This document shows, piece after piece, positions 21,373 through 30,840 of a stretch of 64,000 nucleotides of DNA; position 1 is the stretch's first letter; every line of letters starts with the position of its first letter. The position numbers and the translations under genes are program-made. Below the pieces are notes generated by a model. That model was not told the origin of the DNA and searched no databases. It saw only the letters and a list, made by a program, of their open reading frames with translations. Source of the stretch: an uncultured Acidobacteriota bacterium (GTDB taxonomy: Bacteria; Acidobacteriota; Thermoanaerobaculia; UBA5066; Gp7-AA6). The DNA lies in assembly GCA_963739435.1 (NCBI GenBank), contig CAVUAN010000019.1, positions 111,213-175,212 on the forward strand. The letters run 5' to 3'.

Positions 21373-21509
21373 TCCTCGATTTTCATGTCGTCACCCTGGC
21401 CTCGCTGGCCAGTCTGTTTTCATCCCGAGCGAAGTCGAGGGATCTGCCCCCCGTTTGAGAATCAGCGAGAGAAGATTCCTCGGCTTCGCTCGGAATGACA
21501 GCTGGGATT
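21373..21509. repeat. Cluster of short REP/MITE-like interspersed repeats (copy A).
   Basis: Contains CATCCCGAGCGAAGTCGAGGGATCT at 21421-21445, which is identical to the reverse complement of 27740-27764. Also contains GATTCCTCGGCTTCGCTCGGAATGACAGC, matching the GTCATTCCGAGG units at 27611 and 27640, and the motifs ttttcatgtc and gaggaat. Confidence 0.6.
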
Positions 21510-21923
21510 CTATTCCTCGATCTCGACAGCAAAACCCGGCGTCAAGGTCAGGCGCAGATAGGCCAGGCGGCAGGGCCAGCCCTCGCGCGCGATGCGGGCG
21601 GCGACGCGCTTCCAGATCCAGGCGGCCACGTTTTCGGCGGTGGGCGGCACGGACGCGAAGTCGGCCACGTCGCGGTTCAGATTGCGGTGGTCGAGCGGGC
21701 GGTCGACCTCTTCCTTGAGGATGCGGTCGAGATCCGTGAGGTTGACGACCATCGAGGTTGCGGGATCGATTTCGCCCAGGACGGCGACCTCGAGCGTGTA
21801 GTTGTGGCCGTAGCCGCGCGGCCCCTCGTCACCGTAGACGGCACGATTCTTCTCGGCCGTCCAGCCAGGGCGCCAGAGGCTCAGGCCCGCGTTGAAATGG
21901 ATCGTCCGGGAGAGGCGGATCAT
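21510..21923 (-). CDS. queD: 6-carboxy-5,6,7,8-tetrahydropterin synthase (QueD/PTPS family).
   Basis: 137-aa protein MIRLSRTIHFNAGLS...GHNYTLEVAV...AYLRLTL, with the ATG at 21923-21921. This is the typical PTPS size and His-motif. The listed 690-aa ORF 21510-23582 is an antisense or GC read-through artefact that also contains the GlcD N-terminus. Confidence 0.7.
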   Translation of the reverse strand: MIRLSRTIHFNAGLSLWRPGWTAEKNRAVYGDEGPRGYGHNYTLEVAVLGEIDPATSMVVNLTDLDRILKEEVDRPLDHRNLNRDVADFASVPPTAENVAAWIWKRVAARIAREGWPCRLAYLRLTLTPGFAVEIEE

Positions 21924-23306
21924 GCGATCTCGTCCGGAAAAATCTTGCCCGGGTTCAGGATCCCGTTCGGATCGAAGACCGACTTGATCGCCCGCATCGC
22001 CTGGACCGTCTCGGCCGAGTGGCGCAGGCGCAAGTAAGGGCGCTGCGTCAGCCCGACGCCGTGTTCGCCCGTGATCGTGCCCCCCAGGGCGACGACGGCG
22101 CGGAAGATCTCCTCGATCGCGGCGTTGCGGTGCTCGAGCCACCGCTCCCGCTCGCCCGGAGGCTGGACGATGTTGACGTGAATGTTTCCGTCGGCCGCGT
22201 GGCCGTAGGAGACGGCCGTCAGGCCGTGCCGGCCGGCCACTTCCCGCACCGCTCGGAAGAGCTCCGGCAGCCGCGCGCGGGGCACGGCGCAATCCTCCTC
22301 GGCGTAGGGGCCCAGCTTCTTGACGGCCTCGCCGACCGCGCGGCGCAGCCTCCACAGCTCGCGCTGCTGGGGCGCCGAGACGGCGAGCTGCACGCCGGCC
22401 GCGCCGGCCTCCATCAGGATCTCTCCGAACCGTTCGGCGTCGCGCTCGACCATCTCCTCCTCGAAGCCGTCCGCTTCGACGAACAGGTGAGCCACGGCGT
22501 CGGCCGGCAGCTTCAAGTCGAGAGATTTCGAGGAAACTTCCGCCGCGCTCCTCTCCATGAATTCGCAGGCTGACGGCTCGCGCCCCGCCTCGTAGAGACG
22601 CGCGACGGCCGCAAGCGCCGCCTCCTCGGAGGCGAAGGAGGCCCACAGCAGACGCCTTTGGGTCGGCTGCGGAAGCAGGCGCAGGGTCGCCCGCGTCACA
22701 ACACCCAGTGTGCCTTCGCTCCCCACGAAGAGAGAGACGAGGTCGTAGCCCGCCACGTCCTTGCGGTTCTTGCCGCCGAGATCGAGCAGCCGGCCACCCG
22801 GCAGGACGACCCGCAGCCCCGAGACGTACCTCCCGGTCGTGCCGTACTTGGCCGCCCGCGGGCCGCCGGCGTTCTCGGCGATGTTGCCCCCGATCGTGCA
22901 GGAGCCGCGCGAAGAGGGATCCGGCGGATAGAAGAGGCCGACGGCTTCGACGGCCTCCTGGAGCGACTGCGTCACCACACCCGGCTCGGCGACCACGTAC
23001 TGGTTCTCGCGGTCGATCTCGACGATGCGGTTCAAGGAACCTCAGGTCGAGGGCGATGCCGCCGGAGACGGCCAGAGCACCGCCCGAAAGGCCCGTCAGC
23101 GCGCCCTGCGGCGTCACCGGGATCCGCAGCTCGTCGGCTGCCTGGAGCAGCCGGACGACCTCGCCCTCCGAGCGCGGCGTCACCACAACGTCCGGCGGGG
23201 CCACGAGATCCTCCGTCGCGTCGTGCGCGTGGAGGGCAACGGTCTCGGCGTCGCTCGCGAGCGACCCGGCCGGCAGGACGCGGCCGAGGGCCTCCAGAAT
23301 CCGCGC
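21920..23306 (-). pseudogene. FAD-linked oxidase of the GlcD / D-lactate dehydrogenase family. One frameshift.
   Basis: N-terminal FAD-binding part (MEPARILEALGRV...VVTPRSEGEVVRLLQAADELRIPVTPQGALTGLSGGA) starts at ATG 23306 in one frame. The remainder is in ORF 21920-23035 (NRIVEIDRENQYVVAEPGVV...GEHGVGL...LNPGKIF). The indel is near 23035-23045. Confidence 0.7.
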
Positions 23307-23373
23307 GGGCTCCATTCGAAAACCGTAGCACAAGAGGAATCCTCTACCGATCCTCCTATAATCCCCGCCCGTC

Positions 23374-24799
23374 ATGGATCTCTTCGCAACGCCCGCCGCC
23401 ATCGACGAAAGGCTGGCCGCCTCCCAGGCGGCCCGGCGCAACGGCGCTCTCGTCGTCACCAATCCCGCCCGATTTCGGTCCGAGGTCGTCGAAGGGCTCG
23501 TGTTGACCGCGGTCTTCGGTCCAGCTCCGGCTCGCGACGCGGCGCGGCGCGACATCCGCGAGGCCGCGGCCTCGCTGGGCATCCTGCCCGCGTCGATCCT
23601 GCCGCTCTACGAGGCGCGAGGCCGCGGCGAGGTCGGGGGCTTTACTGTTCCCGCGATCAACATCCGGATGATTTCTTACGACACGGCGCGAGCTGCTTTT
23701 CGAGCCGCGAAGTCGCTCGACGCCGCGGCCATCATTTTCGAGATCGCGCGTAGCGAGATCGGCTACACCGACCAGCGGCCCGCCGAGTACGCCGCGGTCG
23801 TGCTGGCTGCGGCCATCCGCGAAGGCTGGGACTCGCCCGTCTTCCTCCAGGGCGACCATTACCAGACCAACCCGAAGAAGATGCAGTGAAGACCCCAAGA
23901 CGGAAATCGCGGCCATCGAAGCGCTCATCGACGAGGCCATCCCGGCCGGCTTCTTCCAGATCGACATCGACACCTCGACTCTCGTCGACCTCTCGAAGGC
24001 CACCCTGGCCGAGCAGCAGGCCGAGAACGCCCGGTGGTGCGCGCACCTCACGAAGTTCATTCGCACGCGCCAGCCCAAGGCCATGCCCATCTCGATCGGC
24101 GGAGAGATCGGCGAGGTCGGCAAAGCGAACTCGACGCCCGAGGAATTCCGCGCCTACATGAACGGCTATGTCTCGCGCCTCGGCGAGGGCATCAAGGGAA
24201 TCGCCAAGGTCTCCGTGCAGACCGGCTCTTCGCACGGCGGCAGCGTCGCGGCCGACGGCTCCGTGCAGCGCGTCGCGATCGACTTCGAGGTGATCCGCGC
24301 CATCTCCAAAACGGCGCGCGAGGAGTACGGGCTCGCGGGCGCCGTCCAGCACGGTGCATCAACGCTTCCGCCCGAGCTCTTCGACAAGTTCCCCAACAGC
24401 GACTGCGCCGAGATCCACCTCGCCACGGGCTTCCAGAACATGATCTACGAGCATCCGTCGCTGCCCTTGCCCGTCAAGCGCGTCATGGAGCGATGGGTCT
24501 TCGATCACTACGGCGACCAGAGGAAGCGGGGCGAGACCGAGGCGCAGTTCCTCTACAAGAATCGCAAGCAGGCGATCGGGCCGTTCAAGGAAAACCTCTG
24601 GAATCTGCCCGAAGGCACGCGACTCGAGCTTCGCGACACCCTCGAGAGGGAGTTCCGATTCCTTTTCGAGAAGCTGCGAGCCGGCGGCACGAAGGCCCTC
24701 GTCAACAAGTACGTCCGGCCGGTGGACGTCTTCGCTCACGCCGACGCCGCCGCCGGCCCGCGGGCGGGATACGTCCGCGACGACGAGGCGGGAGACTGA
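23374..24799 (+). pseudogene. Class II (metal-dependent) fructose/ketose-bisphosphate aldolase family protein, long form. One frameshift.
   Basis: ORF 23374-23889 (...FTVPAINIRM...VFLQGDHYQTNPKKMQ*) and ORF 24083-24799 (ISIGGEIGEVGK...SVQTGSSHGGS...) are joined by reading 23886-24083 in the second frame (EDPKTEIAAIEALIDEAIPAGFFQIDIDTSTLVDLSKATLAEQQAENARW...). This implies a single-base indel at about 23888. The class II aldolase pattern is D-H, E-x-G-x-x-G, S-H-G. Confidence 0.55.
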
Positions 24800-25945
24800 T
24801 GAAAGAGAGAAGAGCCTCCCCCGCTCCGCCCCTCTCCCAATCTCCCACTCTGCCCGACAAGATGCAGGCGGTCGTCAAGACCAAGCCGGTGCCCGGCCCG
24901 AAGGGAACTGAGATCAAGGAGGTGCCGGTCCCGGAGCCGGGTCAGGCCGAAGTCCTGATCAAGGTCCTCGCGACGGCCGTCTGCGGTTCCGACAAGCACA
25001 TCTACCAGTGGGATCCATCGATGGCCTCGATGGTCGAGCCGCCGCGCATCTATGGCCACGAGTTCTGCGGCGAGATCGTCGCGTTCGGGCCGGGCGGGCG
25101 GCGGCCGCATCTTTCCGAAGGCCTGTACGTCTCGGCCGAGATGCATGTGACCTGCGGGGCCTGCCGCCCCTGCCGGACGGGCCAGAGACACATCTGCGAA
25201 GCGACGCGCATCCTGGGCGTGCACGGAGACGGCTGCTTTGCGCAGTACGTCGTGGTCCCCGCCTACAACGTCGTTCCGCTCGACGCCTCGATTCCCCCGA
25301 AAGTCGGAGCATTTCTCGACGCGCTCGGCAACGCCGTCCACACGACGCAGGTCGCCGACCTTTCCGGCAAGTCCGTCGCCGTGCTCGGCTACGGCCCGAT
25401 CGGGGCGATGTGCGCCGAGATCGCCCGCATCTCCGGGGCGGCCCGCATCGCCATCACCGAGGTGAATTCCCAGGCCGCCGCCCATGCGCGCCGCTGGGCG
25501 AAGGCCCGCGGCCTCGAGAAACAGGTCACGGTGCTCGACCTCGGCCGCACCAAGGACGCGGCCGGGAGCCTGCGGGTGGCGACCGGCGGCGGCGCCGACG
25601 TCGTGCTCGAGCTCTCGGGCGCCGAGAGCTCCATCAACCTCGGGCTGGCGGCCGCGCGCCGGGGCGCCACGATCGCGCTGCTCGGTATCCCCCGCGACAA
25701 GGCTGTCACGATCCGCGACTACACCAACGACCTCGTCTTCAAGGGCGTCACCCTCCATGCCATCATCGGCCGGCGGATCTTCGAGACCTGGATCAAGATG
25801 CTCGACCTCTTCCGCGCCGGCCTCGACGTCGAAGACCTCGTCACCAACGAGTTCGACGGGCCTCCAGGACTTTCACGAGGCGATGAAGCTCCTCGAAGAC
25901 CGCAGCGCCATGAAGGTAGTCTTCTACCCGAACGGAAAACCCTAG
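24799..25945 (+). pseudogene. tdh: L-threonine 3-dehydrogenase (Zn-dependent MDR family). One frameshift near the 3' end.
   Basis: The ATG at 24799 overlaps the aldolase TGA. Motifs: MQAVVKT...AVCGSDKHIY...GHEFCGEIV...CGACRPCRTGQRHIC...VLGYGPIGAM. The true C-terminus FDGLQDFHEAMKLLEDRSAMKVVFYPNGKP* is in ORF 25484-25945. There is an extra C near 25860 (gggcctccagg). Confidence 0.75.
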
Positions 25946-25996
25946 GAGCCGCCATGCCGACCAACCGACCGCCCAAGCCTGCGCCCGTCGCGCGAC

Positions 25997-26425
25997 ATGC
26001 CCGATCGGCGGATCGCCGAGTTCGCGCTCGAGGAGTCGCGCCTTTCCAACGTCGCCTACCGCTTCCAGCTCGTGCCCCGTGAGCGGATCTGGAAGGATTG
26101 GGATCGGACGCAGTTCGAGCCCAACCACTACAAGGTCGTCGGGTTGGCCGGCGTTTGCCTCAACCGCGACGAGGTCGAGCGGGCGCACCGCATGGCTCTG
26201 CGCGCCCTCGAGGACCTGGACGACATCCAGTTCGTCGTCGAGGAACCGGCCCAGGCCGTCGTGGTGCGGAACCAGACGGGAACCTCGGAGTTCATCAATC
26301 GGCCAACGATCTGCGCCGAGATCATCGCGGCCGACGGCGCCGCGTTCGATCGCGCGCTCGCCGCCCTGGACAGCGCCTTCCCCGGCGCCCGTGTCGCGGG
26401 CAAGATCCTTTCGGAAGGATCATGA
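25997..26425 (+). CDS. Hypothetical protein (142 aa) inserted between tdh and kbl.
   Basis: ORF MPDRRIAEFALEESRLSNVAYRFQLVPRERIWKDWDRTQFEPNHYKVVGLAGVCLNRDE... The stop overlaps the kbl start (gatcATGAcc). No recognisable family. Confidence 0.4.
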   Translation: MPDRRIAEFALEESRLSNVAYRFQLVPRERIWKDWDRTQFEPNHYKVVGLAGVCLNRDEVERAHRMALRALEDLDDIQFVVEEPAQAVVVRNQTGTSEFINRPTICAEIIAADGAAFDRALAALDSAFPGARVAGKILSEGS

Positions 26426-27600
26426 CCCTCGTCGAGCACCTCGCCGGTGAAATGGCGGCGCTGCGCCAGGCCGGCACTTACAAGGAAGAGCTCGTTCTCG
26501 AGTCGGCTCAGGGGCCGCGCGTCAAGGTCGGCGGACGCGAGATCATCATGCTGACATCCAACAACTACCTCGGCTTCGCCAATCACCCCCGCATCCGCGA
26601 GGCGCAGAAGAAGGCCGTCGACCGCTGGGGGGCGGGCCTCGGCTCCGTGCGCTTCATCTGCGGCACGCAGCAGCTTCACAAGGATCTGGAGGCCGAGATC
26701 TCCGCTTTCTTCGGCACGGACGACACCATCCTCTACATGACCTGTTGGAGCGCCAACGAGGGACTCTTCAGCGCCACCCTGGGCGAGCCCGATGGCCTGT
26801 ATTCCGACGCGCTGAACCACGCCTCGATCATCGACGGGGTGCGCCTCTGCAAGGCCAAGCGCTTTCTCGTGCCGCACGGCGACACGCAGGCTCTCGACAA
26901 GATGCTCGCCGAGGACAGCGTCTCGCGCTTCAAGTTCTTCATCACCGATGGCGTCTTCTCCATGGAGGGCGAAGAAGCGAACCTGCGCGAGATCGTTCGC
27001 ATCTGCGGGCAGCGCGGCGCTCTTCTCGCCGTGGACGACTCGCACGCGACGGGAGTTCTCGGCAAGACCGGCCGCGGCACGGCCGAGGAACAGGGCGTGT
27101 TCGACCGCATCCCGATCACGACGGGAACCCTCGGCAAGGCCATGGGCTCGGCGGCCGGCGGGTTCGTCACGGGCCCGAAGGCGGTCGTCGAGACGCTGCG
27201 GCAGCGGAGCCGCACGTACATCTTCTCGAACTCTCTTCCGCCCGCCGTCGCGGCCGGGTCGCTCGAGGCCTTCCGCATGCTGCGCGAGGATCCCGCGCCT
27301 GTTGCGAAGCTCCGCGAGAACGCCGCGTATTTCCGCAAAGCGATCGCGGACGCCGGCTTCATTATCCCGGACGGCACGCACCCGATCGTGCCCGTCATCG
27401 TGGGCGACACGGCAAAAGCCGTCGCCATGGGCAAGGCGCTTCTCGACGAGGGTGTCTACGTCTCGGGCTTCGGCTTTCCCGTCGTTCCGCAGGGCACGGC
27501 GCGCCTGCGCTGCCAGGTCTCCGCCGCCCACGAACACGCCGACCTCGACAAAGCCATCGACGCCTTCCGGAAAGTCGGAAAACAGTTTCAGGTCATCTAA
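26422..27600 (+). CDS. kbl: 2-amino-3-ketobutyrate CoA ligase (glycine C-acetyltransferase).
   Basis: 393 aa. N-terminus MTLVEHLAGEMAALRQAGTYKEELVLESAQGPRV. Family motifs: MLTSNNYLG, DDSHATGVLG, FSNSLPP. Forms the classic tdh-kbl pair. Confidence 0.88.
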   Translation: MTLVEHLAGEMAALRQAGTYKEELVLESAQGPRVKVGGREIIMLTSNNYLGFANHPRIREAQKKAVDRWGAGLGSVRFICGTQQLHKDLEAEISAFFGTDDTILYMTCWSANEGLFSATLGEPDGLYSDALNHASIIDGVRLCKAKRFLVPHGDTQALDKMLAEDSVSRFKFFITDGVFSMEGEEANLREIVRICGQRGALLAVDDSHATGVLGKTGRGTAEEQGVFDRIPITTGTLGKAMGSAAGGFVTGPKAVVETLRQRSRTYIFSNSLPPAVAAGSLEAFRMLREDPAPVAKLRENAAYFRKAIADAGFIIPDGTHPIVPVIVGDTAKAVAMGKALLDEGVYVSGFGFPVVPQGTARLRCQVSAAHEHADLDKAIDAFRKVGKQFQVI

Positions 27601-27776
27601 GCCCAGCTGCTGTCATTCCGAGGAGCCCCTCCACTTTCATGTCATTCCGAGGAGCGTAGCGACGAGGAATCTACTCTGGTCGTGCTTTTCTTCGGTCTCT
27701 CTCGGGGCAGGCTACGCGACGAGGAATCTACTCCGGGGGTAGATCCCTCGACTTCGCTCGGGATGACAGCGGTGGC
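27601..27776. repeat. Cluster of short REP/MITE-like interspersed repeats (copy B, inverted relative to A).
   Basis: Two copies of TGTCATTCCGAGGAGC (27611, 27640). Two copies of CGACGAGGAATCTACTC (27660, 27718). AGATCCCTCGACTTCGCTCGGGATG at 27740-27764 is the reverse complement of 21421-21445. Confidence 0.6.
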
Positions 27777-29792
27777 TTACGCCTCGAGCTTCTTCCTCGC
27801 GTTCTTGACGAGCAGGAAGCAGAGGATGCCGAAGACGACGGCGCAGAGGATGCTGCCCGGCACTCCGTTCTTGATAGACGGGAAGTACTTTTCGCCCACG
27901 TCCAGGGTCTCGAGCAGGGTCGGCTTCTCCATTTTCAGGAAAAAGTCGCCGATGAAGGCGACGAGGGCGATCAACACGCCGCCCAGGGATCCGCCGGCGA
28001 CCAGGCCTGTCGAATAGAGCATTCCGGAGGACAGCTCCGACTCCTCGCCCGCCGCGCCCTCGCTCTTCTGCCGCATGCGGTCGGCGAACGCCTTCATCTG
28101 CCCGCCGATGAAGATCGGGAACGTCGTCGAGAGCGGCAAATAGGCGCCGACCGCCCAGGAGAGGGCATGCGCGCCTGCCATCTGCGCCATGAAAGCGAGA
28201 AAGACACCGACCAGGACGGGAGCCCACGGCAGATTCTGCGCGAGCAGGCCCTTGATGATCGTCGCCATCAGCGTCGCCTGGGGGGCGGCCAGCTTGGGCC
28301 CGCCGATGCCATGCAGCTCTCCCATGGCGTAAGTCTTGTCGAGCAGGAAGAGCGTTCCTCCAATGACGAGCGTCGAGGTCAGGACGCCGATGATGAATCC
28401 GATCTGCTGCCGCCGGGGCGTGGCGCCGACCAGAAACCCGGTCTTCAAGTCCTGCGAGGTCGCGCCGGCGTTGGCGGCCGCGACGCACACGATGGCGCCG
28501 ACACAGAGGGCCACCGCTTGATACACATCGCCAGTAAATCCGAAGGCGACGAACACGACGCAGGTTGCCATCAGCGTCGCGATCGTCATTCCCGAGATCG
28601 GGTTGGAGGAGGTACCGATGATGCCGACGATGCGGGAAGACACCGTGACGAAGAAGAATCCGAACACGACGACGAGCAGGCCCATCACGAGCGAGCCCGG
28701 GAACGGACCGTGCGGAAATCCCGGAAGGACGGTGATCAGCAGGGCGAGCACGACCGATCCGATGACGACGATGCCCATCCCCAGATCTCTCTCGGTCCGC
28801 TTGGCGCTCTTGTCCTCGCCGCCCGACCCGAACGATTTCACGGACTCGCGGAACGCCGACACGATCGTCGGCAGGGTCTTGACGAGCGTCATGACGCCCG
28901 CACAGGCCACGGCGCCCGCTCCGATGTAGCGCACGTACGCGCGGTAGATCCACTCGGCGTGCGTGTGGCCGGCCATCCACGCGTCGGTAAAGCCCAGGTT
29001 CTTCAGGTCCTGGGTGATCCGCGCGTCGGCCACGAAGATCGAGATCAGCGGGATCAGGCCGAGCCACGACAGGACGCCGCCCGAGGCGAGCTCGCCGGAG
29101 ATGCGGGGGCCGATGATGTACCCCAGGCCCAGGTACTCGGGCGTCACGTCGCAGTTGAGCGTCGCGTCGGGAATCCTGCCGTCCCTGCCGGTTCGAAACC
29201 ACGTCGCGGTCTCGTTCCAGAAGCCCAGGATGCCGTACAGGAACTTGTAGAGCATGGCGGCGAAGACGCCCTTGAACACCATGCCCGCCAGGTCTCCGCC
29301 CCGCTCGCCCGCGATCAGCACGTCCGCGCAAGCCACACCCTCGGGGTACTTCAGCTTGCCGTGCTCCTTGACGATGAGCGCCCGCCGCAGCGGGATCATG
29401 AACAACACGCCGAGCGTGCCGCCGACGGCTGCCAGAACGAAGATGGTGATGTACTTGAAGTACTCGGCCCCGCCCGACAGGAACAGCATCGCCGGCATCG
29501 TGAACACGACTCCGGCCGCAACCGACTCGCCCGCCGAGCCGATCGTCTGGACCATGTTGTTTTCGAGGATCGTGGACTTGCCGAGCTTCTTGAAGACGGC
29601 GATCGAGAGAACGGCGATCGGCACCGAAGCCGAAACGGTCAGCCCGGCGCGGAGAGCGAGGTAAACCGTCGCTGCTCCGAAGATGACGCCGAAAGCGATT
29701 CCGAGCAGGATCGCCTTGAGCGAGAACTCGGGGATATCCTGTTCGGCCGGAATGTACGGCTTGAAGTCCCGACCGGACTCGGATGAGTTCAT
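27777..29792 (-). CDS. OPT-family oligopeptide transporter.
   Basis: 671-aa intact polytopic membrane ORF ([50 protein letters not shown]...). It is glycine-rich with multiple TM segments, typical of OPT/YGL114w transporters. Confidence 0.8.
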   Translation of the reverse strand: MNSSESGRDFKPYIPAEQDIPEFSLKAILLGIAFGVIFGAATVYLALRAGLTVSASVPIAVLSIAVFKKLGKSTILENNMVQTIGSAGESVAAGVVFTMPAMLFLSGGAEYFKYITIFVLAAVGGTLGVLFMIPLRRALIVKEHGKLKYPEGVACADVLIAGERGGDLAGMVFKGVFAAMLYKFLYGILGFWNETATWFRTGRDGRIPDATLNCDVTPEYLGLGYIIGPRISGELASGGVLSWLGLIPLISIFVADARITQDLKNLGFTDAWMAGHTHAEWIYRAYVRYIGAGAVACAGVMTLVKTLPTIVSAFRESVKSFGSGGEDKSAKRTERDLGMGIVVIGSVVLALLITVLPGFPHGPFPGSLVMGLLVVVFGFFFVTVSSRIVGIIGTSSNPISGMTIATLMATCVVFVAFGFTGDVYQAVALCVGAIVCVAAANAGATSQDLKTGFLVGATPRRQQIGFIIGVLTSTLVIGGTLFLLDKTYAMGELHGIGGPKLAAPQATLMATIIKGLLAQNLPWAPVLVGVFLAFMAQMAGAHALSWAVGAYLPLSTTFPIFIGGQMKAFADRMRQKSEGAAGEESELSSGMLYSTGLVAGGSLGGVLIALVAFIGDFFLKMEKPTLLETLDVGEKYFPSIKNGVPGSILCAVVFGILCFLLVKNARKKLEA

Positions 29793-29839
29793 GCTGTTGC
29801 CTCCAGAGAAACTACGGGCTTTCTAGCACGGCGGGACCG

Positions 29840-29880
29840 AGGGAAAAAGAGAATTGTGCTCTGGCGGCGCCTCCGGCGCC
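29840..29880 (-). terminator. Putative rho-independent terminator downstream of the glutaredoxin-like ORF.
   Basis: Minus-strand sense reads GCGGCGCC-gga-GGCGCCGC (perfect GC stem), followed by agagcacaattCTCTTTTTCC. Confidence 0.45.
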
Positions 29881-29892
29881 GCGTCACACCCC

Positions 29893-30108
29893 TCAGGTGC
29901 CCCCGAATCCGACAGTCACTCTTCCGTTCTCGACCATCACGGGAACCTGGCGGCCGCCCGAGAGGGCGATCATCCGCTCGAGCTCTTTCTTGTCGGTCTT
30001 GACGTTGATGTAGACGAAAGGAATCTTGCGTTGGGCGTAGTCCTCACGGGCCGCCGTCGTGTACGGTCACGTGTCCTTGCCGAAGATCTCCACGCGGTTC
30101 TCGTTCAT
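29893..30108 (-). other. Glutaredoxin-like small thioredoxin-fold ORF interrupted by an in-frame TGA at the redox-motif position.
   Basis: Reverse-complement translation: MNENRVEIFGKDT[TGA]PYTTAAREDYAQRKIPFVYINVKTDKKELERMIALSGGRQVPVMVENGRVTVGFGGT*. This fits the Grx/NrdH pattern (IYTK-x-x-CPYC ... VP-x-I). The TGA (30069-30067) replaces the first Cys of the CPYC motif, and the second Cys is Thr. The ORF is absent from the ORF track because of the stop. Confidence 0.45.
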
Positions 30109-30165
30109 CGGGGCCCCCTTCGCGGCCAGTCTACGATGCGGATGCTATGATTTTGACCACTTTCC

Positions 30166-30840
30166 ATGCTTCCTCAGCTCCTCGCTTCCGCACTTCTGAT
30201 GATCGCCGCGTCACCCGGCGTCACCGGCGGAGTCTCGGGAAAGGTGACGATCGTCAAGGCCGGCGCAGTGCTGCCGGACGCGGCCAATGCCGTCGTCTGG
30301 ATCGACGGCCTGAATCTGCCGGGTGCGCCCGCCGGCGTGGTCAAGGCCGAGATGAAGAGCGACCACAAGTCCTTCCAGCCCCGCATCATCGCCGTTCCGA
30401 AGGACGCCGCCGTGGATTTTCCCAACGTGGATCCCATCTTCCACAACGTCTTCTCCGTTTCACCGGGCAACCGGTTCGACCTCGGCCTCTACCGGAGCGG
30501 GACCTCCAAACCCAATGTTTTCCACGAGCCGGGTCTCGTCCGCGTTTACTGCAACATCCACCCCCAAATGGTGGGGTTCGTGATGGTCGTCGACTCGAGC
30601 TTCGTCGCCGTGACGGGCAAGGACGGGGCCTTCCGCTTCGAGGGCGTCCCGCCCGGCTCCTACACGGTCAAGGTCTGGCAGGAAGAGGGCGGCGAATCAC
30701 AACTCCCCGCCAAGGTCCGCGCGGGAGCCGATGCGACGCTCGCCTTCTCGCTCGACGCCTCGCAGTACCAGTTGCAGCCCCACAAGAACAAGTACGGCAA
30801 GGACTATCCACCGCCGCCGCCGGACAATGAGCGCTACTGA
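30166..30840 (+). CDS. Secreted cupredoxin-like (type-1 copper-site) domain protein with a C-terminal CarboxypepD_reg-like domain.
   Basis: Signal peptide MLPQLLASALLMIAASPGVTGG. Plastocyanin-like ligand set: H in FHNVFSV, then C-x2-H-x2-M in YCNIHPQMVGFVMVVD. C-terminal GAFRFEGVPPGSYTVKVW matches the carboxypeptidase-regulatory-like beta-sandwich. The TGA overlaps the ATG of the next gene. Confidence 0.6.
   Translation: MLPQLLASALLMIAASPGVTGGVSGKVTIVKAGAVLPDAANAVVWIDGLNLPGAPAGVVKAEMKSDHKSFQPRIIAVPKDAAVDFPNVDPIFHNVFSVSPGNRFDLGLYRSGTSKPNVFHEPGLVRVYCNIHPQMVGFVMVVDSSFVAVTGKDGAFRFEGVPPGSYTVKVWQEEGGESQLPAKVRAGADATLAFSLDASQYQLQPHKNKYGKDYPPPPPDNERY

Noticed and set aside
21510-23582. 690-aa minus-strand ORF listed as one protein.
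   Set aside because: Only its last 137 aa (QueD) and about 95 aa near 23030-23306 (the GlcD N-terminus) look like protein. The middle is Arg/Pro/Gly junk in the wrong frame relative to the GlcD body in ORF 21920-23035. It is a chimera created by a frameshift plus the lack of stop codons.
24034-26082. 682-aa plus-strand ORF spanning aldolase, tdh and beyond.
   Set aside because: Its first about 250 codons are an out-of-frame read across the aldolase gene. Only the segment from ATG 24799 is real (tdh). Beyond 25860 the genuine tdh C-terminus lies in another frame.
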